The position numbers were made by a program, and so were the translations under genes. Shown here in pieces: positions 45,141 to 45,315 of a stretch of 45,315 bases of DNA. Source of the stretch: Bacteroidales bacterium (GTDB lineage: Bacteria > Bacteroidota > Bacteroidia > Bacteroidales > ML635J-15); the NCBI GenBank assembly GCA_035388205.1, contig DAOOPK010000001.1:1-45315 (forward strand). The letters run 5' to 3'. Position 1 is the first letter of the stretch, and each line of letters opens with the position of its first letter. The notes beneath the pieces were generated by a model. The model was not told the origin of the DNA. It worked only from the letters and a program-made list of their open reading frames with translations, and ran no database searches.

Positions 45141-45315
45141 ATGCCCGAAGTATTAACAACATATAATTTTCAAAACATTTTTACGTTAACTCAGTTGTTA
45201 CAGGATGATTTTCGGGTATATGGATATAAAGATTGTTACACTATAAATAGAACAACAGTAGCAGGGCTTCAAGGTAGCTTGACTAAATTTGGTTATTTTA
45301 ACAATCGTGGCTATT
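45141..45315 (+). CDS. Hypothetical protein, N-terminal fragment (runs off the window)
   Basis: ATG at 45141, then 58 open codons to the window edge (MPEVLTTYNFQNIFTLTQLLQDDFRVYGYKDCYTINRTTVAGLQGSL...). No motif recognised. Confidence 0.35.
   Translation, partial: MPEVLTTYNFQNIFTLTQLLQDDFRVYGYKDCYTINRTTVAGLQGSLTKFGYFNNRGY

Overview
AT-rich chromosomal segment that looks Bacteroidota-like. Evidence: a T9SS C-terminal sorting domain, TTTG / TAnnTTTG promoter-like motifs, and ftsK-lolA and bcp-recA synteny. All calls come from reading the sequence and recalling motifs; no searches were run.

Most of the window is core housekeeping:
- ornithine carbamoyltransferase (5' partial) and carbamate kinase
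- ftsK and lolA
- two tRNA-Ser genes (GCU and CGA anticodons)
- cysteine synthase
- a tightly overlapping coaX / OM barrel / TPR / lptC-like / 72-aa / CorC-GldE-like operon
- ppiD, and a 55-aa 2x[4Fe-4S] ferredoxin that the ORF track missed
- a bcp-recA-TPR-S9 peptidase block
- tadA, folK, sixA and metG

Less ordinary content:
1. A co-directional block of radical SAM, GH20-like hydrolase, 2-TM protein, TauE/SafE and radical SAM/SPASM. The last gene has only a TTG start and is followed by a heptad-built palindrome.
2. A putative glycan O-acetylation cassette: an MltD-like 2xLysM protein whose catalytic Glu appears replaced by Ile, two SGNH proteins and an MBOAT.
3. A 1535-aa T9SS-sorted papain-like multidomain protein.
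4. A REP-associated tyrosine transposase (RAYT-like HUH/Y1) bracketed by inverted REP hairpins, followed by orphan genes.
5. A hairpin-dense spacer between the two tRNA-Ser genes, with three 54-bp tandem units and compensatory stem changes.

I found no CRISPR array, prophage, integrase, toxin-antitoxin pair or recognisable defence system. The items above are the best candidates for undescribed biology, and none is proven from sequence alone.

The ORF track prints M for GTG and TTG starts, so several starts were revised.
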